From Catajapyx aquilonaris (taxonomy: Eukaryota), in assembly GCA_000934665.2 (NCBI GenBank), contig JYFJ02001686.1:1-64000 (forward strand): a stretch of DNA of 64,000 nucleotides, written 5' to 3'. Made by a program: the position numbers and the translations under genes. The notes under the pieces were generated by a model, which saw nothing but the letters and a program-made list of their open reading frames with translations, searched no databases and was not told where the DNA came from. This document shows, one piece after another, positions 38,924-51,335 of the stretch (the first letter of the stretch is position 1; each line of letters starts with the position of its first letter).

Positions 38924-39501
38924 ACTGCGCATGCGCCATCTCATATGGAAACAATACGGGCATGTTCACCCTGCATGTGGATATATAACATGTAGAAGCA
39001 GCAGACAAGATAGGCTGGGGCTGGAGGAGAGATCCGCAGGGCCAAGCATTGTGGAGGCGCCTCTGGTCCACCGCTATCGAGGCTGTCCATCCCTGTCTGG
39101 CTGCCATAATGCAATCCTCTGGGACCAGCTTCTGCTCGCTGTATCATCTGCCGGGATGCTGCAGATTCTGGACCTCCGCCAGCCCAACCAACCAACCAGG
39201 AATTTCTCTCTCCTGCTGCTTTCTGCCAAAATTTTCAACCCCTCTCTTGGAAACCCTATCTGAATATTGCTCGCCGGAGCGAATCAGGGCACTCTGACCT
39301 CCGTGTGACAGGTTGCTCAAAAATACGGAGTCCGATTCTAAATCCTATTCCACATATCGTTGTCACGCGTCTTCCATTGACCTATACCCGGGGTCGCACT
39401 TCAGCTTTCAAATCGACTGGCAAGTTGAGGCCTTATCGAGGCTCTTTTGACAACCCGGTGACAATAGGACCTTACTGACGGGAACCTTCCAAGACCAATA
39501 T

Positions 39502-39810
39502 ATTTCCGTGGAAATTTCATATGTATTACAACCCATTTGAAGCAAGGTGGTATGTGGTGGTATGTAAAAAATGACAAAATAGTTACTAGGAGGGTCGAAT
39601 TTTCGTCCCACTGCTAAAGTTAGCAGTAACTATAGCAGTGGAACAAAAATTACTAGGAATTTCCGTGGAAATTTCGTATGTATGTTAACCCATTTTACAC
39701 AGGATGGTAAGTGGTGGTTTGTAAATATGACAAAATAGTTATAGAGGTGTCCAATTTTCGTCTCATTGCTAGTTACTTAGCAGTAACGAGCAGTAAGACG
39801 AAAATTCCAC
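39502..39810 (+). repeat. Diverged ~158-bp tandem duplication ending in a hairpin; related sequence in reverse orientation at ~15500-15760
   Basis: ATTTCCGTGGAAATTTC..TATG...GTGGTGGT.TGTAAA.ATGACAAAATAGTTA...AATTTTCGTC at 39502 and 39660. Hairpin AATTTTCGTCT...GTTACT-TAGC-AGTAAC...AGACGAAAATT at 39753-39806. The AATTTTCGTC...TTAGCAGT...GGGACGAAAATTCGAC motif recurs near 15686-15754. Confidence 0.65.
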
Positions 39811-42800
39811 CCTATCGGACTCTATTTTTTTAAACCTGCACATGTTTGTACGACGCATAAGCAGCACCTTCTGCGTGAACACGCAAACACACCTGCATAT
39901 TTCGCAACTCTTTCGGAAGACCATTGTTAGGGTAGGTTTCGCCGTGTGCCCCCCCTAAACATATGACATTTCAAACACATGCAATGTCACATGCGCTCAA
40001 GGTTTTAACTCCGTACCTCTCACCTCCAATATATCGATATCGAAAAGGGGATTCAGACTTGGAAGGCTGGAGGGGAAAATCGAAGAAAAAAAAAGAGGAG
40101 GTGGAGGGGGCCTATAGTGGGAGGGAGGAAAAGCCTCTCAAGTCCAGCCTGATCTCCATACATCATAATATATCATTATACTGATCCTGCCTGCCAAGCT
40201 TGTCCTGGGAGCTGCCGCCTGCCTGCCTCACCCTCCAAAGGAGCTTAGTCTATACGTCGTATGTACCACGCCCCGGTGCCGCATTTTAAAGGCGCACTGC
40301 ACGGTATGACTTGTACGTACACATGGGACAAACAAAATTATATGGCCTTGTAGCCCCCCCGGGGGAGCATGTGCTTTGCTGATTGCGTATACATAACGAA
40401 TGGTTTTATGATGCATGAAGTAATGATTATCGCGGTGTATCTAGTGTATGCAGTTTTAACCATGTGCGAAATGCACTTGTGGCGTGAATATTTCCCAGTT
40501 GGAAGCGTGCATTAATGCGGTGGGTTCAAATTAATTTCGGCCTACTTGTATCAACAGAACTTTATTAGTCCGCAGGAACGACTGTTATCTGTTTGCGGTG
40601 TGTACAGGGTGAGGCAGAATAACTGATCAACATTTTCACATTGTTTAGCATCTCTCCACTGAGGGAATATGAAGTTCTGACACGCTGTGTACCGCAATTA
40701 AAGGTGATGTGTTGCGTAATGCTATTCATTAGTTGAGGTTCTACTTTCCGAAATATTTTATAGGCGCCAGAATGGAGCTCGCTGAATCGCAGTTCACATA
40801 ACTTCCAAACTTATATTAATTATATGCCCACAATAAGGGCAAGACACCCGAACGGGCCCTAATGTGAGGAGAAAACATTCGTCAAATGTAGGCTACATAA
40901 TTATGCTGCTAAAGTCTTGAAATGATATAAGTTCATCAAAATGAGTGTACAGAAGTTATAGCTACAGGCAAACTATAGCTGATATTCTAGCGGCATTCAG
41001 AAGATAAACTAACTTGTGTTTTAAAATGCTCAATGTGATTATATAGTGCATTATATTCATGAGCCAATTACTCATAGTCTGAAAGAGACTTAACACAACT
41101 ACCCGAAAGGAGGAGAGATATTCAGCTCTGTGAAGAGTGTGCATAACTTAATTATTATAGATGCCTTTCGCATTAATTACAGCCCGGAAGAGAGAAATAA
41201 CACAAAATAAGTCGAGGTCTTCATTTTTAGGAAACTAACCTGATGGCACAAGTTTGCCCTGATGCCGCATGGAATCTACATGCAGATTTTCTCTGTGGCA
41301 ACATTAGAGCAAAAAACGCTTTGTACTACGATTAGGATGCGATAAAATAACACCATTTAGGCAAAGGATATTCGCAAATTAGTGAATAAGTTAGTGCATA
41401 TGTGAAACGCACATTCGTTCTGCCCATGTAGGCTATATTGCCAGGTAATTAGAAAACTACCGCCTTAAAAAACTATTTCGCGGTAATTGCTTTAAAATTC
41501 AGTATAGCCCTTACACATATACCGGATTAATTTTTTAATATTTTTATAGCGCGATTCTAAAATTCAACACTTAAATTTTCACACGCTCTCTTCTGCTTTT
41601 TCCATAATCCCGCCGTGTCAAACATTGAAAACATTTTCATACAAAATTCTAAAATATATTCCCAAGTAATGTGGTAATTCAAATAAAAAGGCACACAATT
41701 GCCAATATGCACAACTGCACAATAATTGAAATCAAATATCGTCACAGTTTCTGTCCCATATTTAAATGGTGCTTTAAAAATTAAACCACCTGTCCCGCAG
41801 TGATTTTGTCCCGCAAAATGGCGCTCACCTAAACACCATAAGTTTTAATCCGCTTGTTTTGACACATTATGCTTAGACATGCGACTGGGTGTGCTAAACA
41901 CCACAAAAAAATGCCAGCTGGTCCTCAACACGAACGGGTGTCGGACAATAGCATTGTACCGCCGGCATCCATATTGTTTGCAACATGCACACATTTCGTA
42001 ACCTTTGATTGTTCCCCAACTATATGCTTTTGGTTTAAACGAACAACACCAGGCTGCCGGAATGCCACATCCCAATGTAAATATTTTGCACATACACATC
42101 GTTTCACCCCCTGATCTCTTAAACATCCCTCTACCATCAAACCCTCCCTTCTAGATACCACCTAATCCACCACCATCAATCATGATATTGATGACTCGCG
42201 ATATCTAAATATCAAAAGGCAGAACCCCCCCCCATAATCTCCACAACTTTTCGCGATTTTTTTCCCTCTCATTCCCTTCTGGCCAGATCAAACGTAATCT
42301 CTCAGAGACTCTGGTGTGTCTATGTAACCCTGGTACACACGCATTTCGCAAGTTCTCGAGCGAAAGTTTCCAACCCAGCGCTTTTCCGAGCTTGCAACCA
42401 CACGGTGGCGGACTTTTACATTCTGTGGTTTTTGCGGTACAGGACGGAATAAACAGGCGAGAAGGACTTTTTGGGGTCGTACCCGGGAGCTCGATGCCGC
42501 TCTCCGGGGTCTCCAATACCGGAACTTTGCACCACGACTTTCATCACCATGTGTAACCACTTCCAAAAAAAAACCGCGACGTTGTACAGCGTAACGCGCG
42601 TAACGCAGCACGTCGCGCCTCCAGTGGTCTAAAAACGTACCTTACACCACAGCTTCCTTCCAGAGCTTCCTTCTTGCTCGCACTCAAGAGCTACACTGAC
42701 GGAGGAGCCCAAATATGTCTACTTGCAGGCTCAAACACCCCATAAACCCGCTTTCAATACTTTATTTTGCCCATTTTGTACTAAAAGATGGCACTCATTG

Positions 42801-45324
42801 AGACAATATAATGTGTAACGCGATAAGAAAGGAAGGCTATTCAGAAAGCCAACAATATGTACTGAAGGCGCCAGATAATGGTACTGAAATTCTTTTCAAC
42901 TCTCGGCTTGCATTCAGAGCCTCTGAATATGGAATCTAATGCAGAAGACCTTTTGAATGGCTCCGGCTCTCTATATACGGGACCCAGCCTTGCTTGCCAG
43001 ACTGCAGACGCTGTAGCTACGACATTGCCGCATTTCCGTATCTACCCCCCAATATGAGGTAAAGTGATATTAACGACACTTTTTTTATATATATATGCGC
43101 ACCATCCACGCTAAAAAATGACGACATTACTAGGAGGGTTCCCTCTAGCTTTCGTTTTTCGTCAAAGCTAGGTTTTCCGGATCAGTGGTGCATGCGACGC
43201 CGAGTGAAGCATCAGTGCTCGAATGAGGCTCAGGAAGCACCAACCCAATCCGCCGGCGAAAGGGAGGATATTGAGAGAGGGGGAAGGCGGGGGAAAAAAA
43301 GAGGGGGGTTTTTTGGAGGGAGGATAAGCTAAGTTGGGCAAACACCAAATAAGCCATAAGATTTCGACAATTCCTTGAAACAGAGGTGTGACGTATATGT
43401 AGGCCAACCATAATATACGAATTGTGTAACAACCTTTCAATTCTTGGTCTTGCCTGAAAGGTTGTAAACAATACACTGTGGTGTGATACATCTTAAAAAA
43501 ACCGCCGATTTGCAAAATTCTTCTCGTTATACCACACATGACACCCTACACGAAGCCATTAGCAAGGACGCTCCAACAAAAGGCACCGATTGATTAGTCC
43601 TGCAGACCTATATATATGAAACAATAGGGACCTTGACTTTCCTATATAAAACCTAGCAAAAGTCGCGTGAGAGAAGCCCTATGTGCTACTTTTCCTATCC
43701 CTGTTGTTCTCTAGACTTGTGATTAAAAAACGCCTATACACCACCCTCTGCATGAATAGGCGTCCATCCGATAAACTGCTCCCTTTGCTTCCCATACAGT
43801 AAAAAAAACGTCCTTTTCCCTCGTTGACACGACAGGTCCTATCACGGTTGGATCTCTGAAAAGACCAGTGTCGTCACAGGTCATGGACACCTGGATCGAG
43901 TGTCACACAACCGTGTGTGGGACGGCTACACACGCCCCGCATTAATAATCCGCTTGACGCTCCATAGCCTTTCCTTTCAGGATGGCCCCGGGTCCGTAAC
44001 GAGACCAAGAATATTTCTCCTCCACCTCCTTCTTCTTCCGTGAATTTTGCTTTCCACTGGACCATACAGGAAGGCCTTTCTATTTTAGAAGGGAAACTGT
44101 TCAGCCTGAAGTACAGGCTGCTCAAGTTGGCTGGATGTAAACATGGTCATCTAGGTGCCAGGATAACTCCAGTTTGTTATTTTTAATTTTAAAACAATTT
44201 AAAAATTCGTCAGTTGAGCCAGTACACCCTGTACACCCAGCTTTAAAAATTAGTTTACAATTTTCAACATTCAATCCGCGCCATTTTGGATAACAACACA
44301 TTAGCATCCAATATCCTAAAACGTGGCACATGCCTCACCTCATTTTGTTCTCCCTGTTTGTACACACTATATAAAAATGAAAAACTGACCCCAGCTCGGG
44401 GGGCTATTAGGCATCCCAAACCCGCCGCCAAAATCGATATACCAATCTTTCGGCATGTTTGGTTCCAAAATAAATCCCTTGCAGCCATATTTCAGCAGAA
44501 ACATCCATCCTTCCGCTAGACCGAGTGGAATTATTATACCCCACTACCGAGCTAAAACCGTCCAAAATTTTTTCTATCATTTCAACCCTCATCTACGTGT
44601 CCAACTATTTCCCAACTTGCCATCCCCCCCAAAAAAAAACCCAGCTAAGAGCATTACTCCCTAACTATACGATCCCCTTCTGGTATATAGGGTGAAGAAA
44701 CAAAAGGGTCCAAGTTGGGTCTGCTGAGATGGTAGGGTGGAAATCCCCTTGGCTATTTGCTCCAATTCACTCGAACAGGAGGAGCAAGATGCGTGCGATG
44801 GTCTTGAACATTCCTATCATTATTCCCTAGTCCCCTAGGCCAGACCAAAGAGGAATATCGACTCCTTTTGCGCCTCCGCTTCCCTATGTGTCAGACCGTG
44901 TAATTGGATGCAGGGAAGGTAAATACGCCCAGACTCCTGGATATGGCTGGCTTGATGGTATAAAGAAAACTGGGAGACCCATTTCCATCTGAGGGGGGGG
45001 GGGGGACGGACTTTGGACGATGTCCTAGCCAGCAGGAGACTCATCTAATATTTATCGGCCTTTTTGCTGAATTATTGACGACAGATCTTGGTTATGGAGG
45101 GGGTGAACTGGAGTGTGCTGGATCTCTTGATGGGGAAATGTGTTTTTGCGCTGTCAAGCTGTAGGGTTTTACAGAAATCACGGTCTGGTTTCAACATGGA
45201 TCAAGAATGAAGCCAACTTCACTGATTTTCCCACGAAAACTGCTTACATTTACCACTAAGGATGGTTGCATACCGCCAGGATAACCAGGAAAAAAACTAA
45301 AGTACTGCGAGGCTCAAATAGTTT

Positions 45325-45420
45325 TGGCCACTTTATCCTGGTATTGAAGCTACCCTTCACACAGGCCCCACGGTGAGCAGGTGTGTGAAGGGTTGCTTCA
45401 AGACCAGGATAAATAGGCCA
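45325..45420. repeat. Inverted repeat / hairpin with a ~32-bp core stem
   Basis: TTTATCCTGGTATTGAAGCTACCCTTCACACA (from 45332) pairs with TGTGTGAAGGGTTGCTTCAAGACCAGGATAAA (to 45413) with two mismatches. Outer TGGCC/GGCCA pair. Confidence 0.85.
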
Positions 45421-48400
45421 CCCCATAGTACTTATTACATTAATGTAATTTCAACCTTTTTCTAATCACTCCGGATCAGCTCTCCCCCTATAAGAAGCAA
45501 CCGCACGCAATGCATGCTCCTTTTCACGCAATCGGTACATACCACTAATGAAAATCCCATTTATCAACACTGTACATAAGTATTTCCCGATACATGCAAG
45601 TGGAGTCCAACTGTGACTCAGTCATCCATGCCACTATCCACACTCTGTAATATATGCATGGCCCCATAACTTCCTGCGATTCATCCTGCTAATGAAGCTG
45701 GCACCCTAAAAATGGGGAAGCCGGCAGGTGTAAACTACCAACTTGTCAACACTCGTAACAACCACCCCCAACAAATCCCGCTATTAATCTCTCTCCTAGT
45801 TTATTAGAGCGTCCCCCCCCCCCAAAAAAAAAAAATCCGTTATTAGGCAACTTGCAGGTAAATACCTACACGACCTCTTTATCCACCGCAATAAATTACC
45901 CCCTCAGTATTTTTGCTAAAACTAGCTGTAGCCAACGAGGTATAGCGGAACCTACCACGGCGGCCATTTTTCCTTCGTCCCAAAGAAGGCTTCGCTACAA
46001 TGCTTGTTGCCTCGTGGGGTGCCCAAGAAGCTACCCGACCGTCACGACCTCCATTTGTTTCCTTGTCGCCACCATTAATAACACGTAATTAGCGATTGGT
46101 CACACCATATCGTCATTCGGTTTGGATCTCACAATATTTCTACCTATTTTTTTAACAGTTCGGACCATAGGGTGGAGCTAGCTCTTTTTTTTTGAAGCTC
46201 TCAGATGATAATTGCCAGCAATTACCTTCCGATAGGCGAAAAACGCTCCTTGCATTTCAACTCGCCCCCACCCCCCCACNGCTCTTTTCATGCACACCAG
46301 AATTAAAAATTTGGGTCACAGGCCTCTAGATGTGTAGATAAGGGACACGGGGGCCTCGGATCCGAAAATTATGAGCAAATATGTTTTTTTGAATAGGTGC
46401 CCCCCCCCCCCCTACCCTCTACCACCCAGGACCACACCCCCCCTCAGATTGGGTCCGGGTTTTCCCGCACTGCGGACTCAGAGAGAGAAAACCCCCGGTC
46501 CGGAGCGAATTTGCAAAGTCGGCAGCAAAAGCGGACCTATTGATTCGTGATCGGACCACCAAGCAAGAACGGAGGGGTCCGAACCCCTGAAAAATAACTG
46601 GGCAACCCATTGATTGACCCGATTCATCTATTGGTCAAAAATATTTAACTGTGAAAATATTTGTCGATGGGATTTTATTTTCTGAAACCAACATGTGATT
46701 GGCAGGGTATCAACCTGACCTGAGCTCCTTTTTGTTCACCTTGTATTGTTCGGGGTACAAGGGCCACCCAAGGTATCAAAAGGAGTACCCACGGTAGTAA
46801 CCTGCATAGAGGCAGATGGTGCTCCACTTGCTCTTAGGGCATTGTTCCAATCCCCCTATTGGGTCCTAGCCAAGCTTTTCCCAATCTGGAATTCTGATAC
46901 CAAATAGTCCGTTTTTTTGGGGGTGTGTGCGTACCCTACCAGTCAACGTATGGTCCAATTCTCCGCACCATTTGGCGGCTTAGAGTTTTGGCACACCCTT
47001 CGGGTTCAAATTCCATTGGAGATTTATATGTACAACTGCCACATGCTTTGAAGAAAAAAAAAGGGACTGAGAACCATTTTGGTACGTTGTACTCACCGGA
47101 TTTGGGTATAACAATGACCGGATCATCTGTAAATAGAGAATAAAAAATGATGAGTATAACATGCTTACAAGTTTGAGACAATTCATATCGTGTATTCAAA
47201 ACCTTCTGTTGTACTTGTTTAACGTACTTCGTCCCGTAATCCCACTTCTGACACCATTGTTATTGCTTGGTAATGAAAACAACGGCAATTTGGCTCTTAT
47301 AAAAAGCAAATAAGGCGCTATTGTTGTCATTACTAAATAAGTCAATAAGCAGCTCTGTCTCCTTTGTCCCTTATAGTAAAGGACACTACTAAAGGCCCAT
47401 TTACACGAGACCATTGCTAGCAAAATGTAATCTCATGGTCGCGTTTACACAAAATTGGTATATGAAACGCTTCGTTGGCTCTTCTGTAGTACATATAGAC
47501 ATCATATCTACGCATGATGGTGGCCATCTTTGGTCCTCTCATCCACCTCTAGAGCTGACCAACACAAGCCCACACCCATGATTTAGCCTCCAGTTAAGTC
47601 GTCTGGAATGGGATCTCCCCAGCCCATAATGGAGCAGCCAACTCTCCGGATTCTGCATCTTTTGAGGCCAAGGGGGGAAGCTTCCTCCTTCCAGGACCAG
47701 GAGGCTCTGGAGTCTGCTCCTTTTATCCGGATAAGATATGGCTGCTCCGGGTCCGCCCTTTGATTTATGACTCTGCCACTTTTCTGCCTGGACCCACGAC
47801 ACGGTTGTGTGTGTGTTCTCCGGCCATGTCAGGTCATCGGAAAAATGCCTGGAGGGGTCGCTCCTTCTCGATGCTCGACCGACCGTGAAATTAATGGCGG
47901 TCGCTAATGATGCTAGGGTGTGTCTCAGTGCCCAGATTCCGATGTCAAGCACTTGACTGCTAACAATTGATGGCAGGGGGAAAAAAAAACCTATCGTAGA
48001 ACCGCATATAGCTAGATCTATATCGGCACAATTTGAAGCCAACCTCATCGGTTACAGATATCTGTGCAAGAACGTTCCAGCAGTTTCCTCTCAATAACAG
48101 TTAGCCGCTACGGGCTAATCTAAATTGCTTATCGGCGATTGATCCAGCCGACCCGATAGTCTATGACTATAATAGAAAATGGTCTGCTGGCTGGCCTCCC
48201 CAGAATTTTACACCCATAGGCAATTATGGGTTGGAACAGGTTACGACTCCGGAACAAGGTGTTTTACAACATTTTTCATGAGGGTTTCGGTGACATAAAC
48301 GGGGGGAGATGCTGTGAAGAAGGTGACAACTACCACGGAGTTCACCTTGAGAAATGAGACCTTTCCCATCGTATTCCTAAACCCCTTTTCTACAGCCCTG

Positions 48401-49304
48401 GACCCTTCGGGGTGGTCGGGCCTTGAAACCAACAGTCACTAAAATGGGCCCTGCTCCTCCTCAGGTAAGGATTGATGGCTGCCGAACCATGTCCTTTACC
48501 CTGCCCAATGGCATTCCAGGTAGGCGCACTGCAGTCTGCTCCAGGTGGAGGTCACCCTGTGGGAGAGTCCCAGCTAGAAAAATACGATTGTTCAGTACCG
48601 GTACCTGAACATGCGTGACAGACCGGGAAACGCATTACCACAACCCCACGCAAAGGATACAAGAGTGAATGAATAAGTGGGCACGTTTATTAGGCCAGAT
48701 TAGGATAGATAATCCTATACCCCCTTCTGATATACCGGAGGGGGGTTTTAAAAGACACGCGATGTCCTTGCTCAGCACTTCAGAAAATCGTGTGTAATAG
48801 TAATCAAAGCTATTAGCTATTCTCGGAATATTAATCCGCGTGGGAGGCTTCCACGTCAGCACTCCAGGTCAGTTCAATACGGCAACATTGCTTTTCCCAG
48901 GTGTGTTGCTGGGCCTCCAGCGACACCTTCAGGAATGCGGCCCTAATTGATGACTGTCCTCCCGTGATTCAGCTCGGTTTCGCCCCCTCCTTGCCCGGAA
49001 TGTGCTTCACCTGCACTCTTCTTACCCTCCCTTACCCCCTGTAGTCAACCGAGTTTCTTTGGCTCAAAAAATCGTGACAGTAGCACACACCCACACTATC
49101 CATATCCCAGCAGTTTGTGGGAAGGTAAAAAAGAGAGAAAAAGTTGTACTATTAGTTACGCACCCTGATCACAATCTGATGTACCAAATTTGTATGTCAA
49201 AGAAGCTTGTTCTGTTTTAATTTATTGTTCGAATTTCATACCAGTAGCTTGTGAGTAGGCAAATATTAACATTAGCCCCACTCTAAGCGATTAAAACCAC
49301 ATTT

Positions 49305-49530
49305 CTAAACAGCTACATTAAAATAGCTGAATAGCAAAATCAAATAGTTGTATTAAAACAGCTAAATTGAATAACTATACCGATTAAATAGTTAAGCAGT
49401 TAAACTGAATAGCTATATTCAATAGCTCAATAGCTCAATCAAATAGCTATAGATTAAAATAGTTAAATAGCTAAATTGTATAGCTAGATTAAAATAGTTT
49501 AATAGCTAAATTAAATATCTAGATTAAAGC
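49305..49530 (+). repeat. Degenerate AT-rich short-unit satellite built on AAATAGCT
   Basis: Many imperfect AATAGCT/AATAGTT units. Confidence 0.75.
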
Positions 49531-50278
49531 TACATGTTCTATAGGTTGCCTCCTGCCAGGATGTCTGAAAACCCTCCCCAATTCTGACAAAGAAACCGCC
49601 CAAGAAAGGGGATTTCTTCCGCCACAGATGGAAAGTCTTGATCGATTTTCAAACCAAGAAGGAAGGGTATGGGGGGTGGTGGGGGGGGGGGGGGTNAATT
49701 AATTAGCTCCAGAAGCGAGGTGGTGAAGGAAAAAAAAGGAAATGTGGGGAAGGTGCTGGGGAGATATGAAGGTAGCTTATTTTGCGGATAGCCCTAGGGA
49801 ACACCCCAGTATCTTAGAGTCGCATCTGGGTTTTTTTTAAACCACAGCGGGTGAGAACCCGGTAGCCAAGACGCTTTTCTTCTTGCCTATTACTTATCTT
49901 TGGCAACAAAAAGAGTAGGAGGGCGTGATGGAGTAAACAAGCTTCTTATGTTTAGCCGCCCACTTCCATACACGCGCGTACATACTGCGTAATTGAAGCT
50001 AGGGAATGAACCTGTGCGGCCTCCATCAAACATTCTTTGATCCTGATCCCCCTCTCCCCCTTCCCTACCATCTCTCCAAACTTTCTTTGGACGTCTTTCA
50101 GCTCATCAGGACCGCCATTCACTGAATATAACTCGCTAAGCTAAGCATCCGGCCAGTTTAAGCAGGACACAAAGGTTGGATCTCTTTTCCCACACTAGCC
50201 AAGATGGTCTGGAGGTCATATGTTGCAATTGACCAGAGTGGGCATGAGGCACATTCCTGCCGCAGTGTCTTACTCATT

Positions 50279-50355
50279 GTTGACGGGATTTGACGCGGTT
50301 GACGGCAGTCGACGGCGCGGCGGTTGACGGCAATCTACGGCGCGGCGGTTGACGG
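50279..50355 (+). repeat. 25-bp CpG-rich tandem repeat with reiterated TTGACGG
   Basis: GCGGTTGACGG at 50295, 50320 and 50345, plus flanking partial copies. Confidence 0.75.
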
Positions 50356-51270
50356 TGAGCGCGCTTTAAAACCGAAAAAAAAATCCTCAGCAAATACCTT
50401 CCAAAAACCCCAGGGACCAACGATGGTCGATGACGTGCCCCCATCTGAATACCCTCGTTAAAAACTGGAGGTGTCCCCCCCACAGGGAGAATACCTCCAA
50501 AATTGAGACAAGGGAAGAATATGTGAAAATTGCTGACTCCCCTCCCTGCGCATTGCCATCCCACAGTAGCTCTCATTAATGCTCCGTCACAATCACGGCC
50601 TCCAACCTCCCTAGTAGATGACAGCAAACGCCTCCCACCCCCACCACCCCACACATCCCTAACACCCTCCCCCTCCTCTCCCCACAATCCAAGTCCTGAA
50701 TAGGTTCTAATGAGGCTCTATTCTGACTGAAATCAGGGGTTTGTGGGGGAGGTGGAAGAGGGACATTCCTACTACTGCCCTACCGGTAGCTCCTTGTGAT
50801 TTTGTCATACATGCAGGGGCATCCATCCCCATATCTCCTTGTACGTCATGCCACACTGCCATTCTACAATTACCATTGATGAGGGAGTAATTAAAACCCC
50901 CTACAGACCTCTCTTTTCATCACAATTTTTTTTTTTCTCCATATACGCTCGACGAACACGGACAAGGAAACACGGCGATGCCTTCTCAAAATCACGGCCC
51001 GCCAGGTTGGGATTGGCCACAATGGGAAAAGAGTTGCCAACTTCCCCGCTGAATACCCACCGGTAGGTTTCGCACACAGTGGAACCCCCTCACAAGTCCA
51101 CACATTGCGGCCAAAGCAGGTGGAAAATAATGGCACACACTTTAGCACACCTGTATTACCCCAACCGGTGCATGAACCCGCACAAAGGGCTGGGAGGAAC
51201 AATACAGGGAAGATCGGGGGGGTCTCTGGACTCCGAATACAGTGTAATTCATGTCACGGCTTGGAGACGG

Positions 51271-51335
51271 GAATCACTTACCCGTTTTTAGGCGAATTAC
51301 GACTCGTAATTCGCCGAAAAACGGGTAAGTGATTC
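51271..51335. repeat. 65-bp near-perfect palindrome
   Basis: GAATCACTTACCCGTTTTTAGGCGAATTACGA-C-TCGTAATTCGCCGAAAAACGGGTAAGTGATTC: 32-bp arms, one mismatch, 1-nt centre. Confidence 0.9.

Noticed and set aside
38610..39297. 217-aa ORF and a GWRR...LWRRL peptide vaguely like the C-terminus of RTE-type LINE proteins
   Set aside because: The ORF starts at a TTG and crosses a tandem duplication. No reverse-transcriptase motifs are present and the similarity is too short to trust.
47539..48048. 169-aa minus-strand ORF
   Set aside because: No recognisable motif or codon pattern, and the length is within chance expectation for 64 kb.
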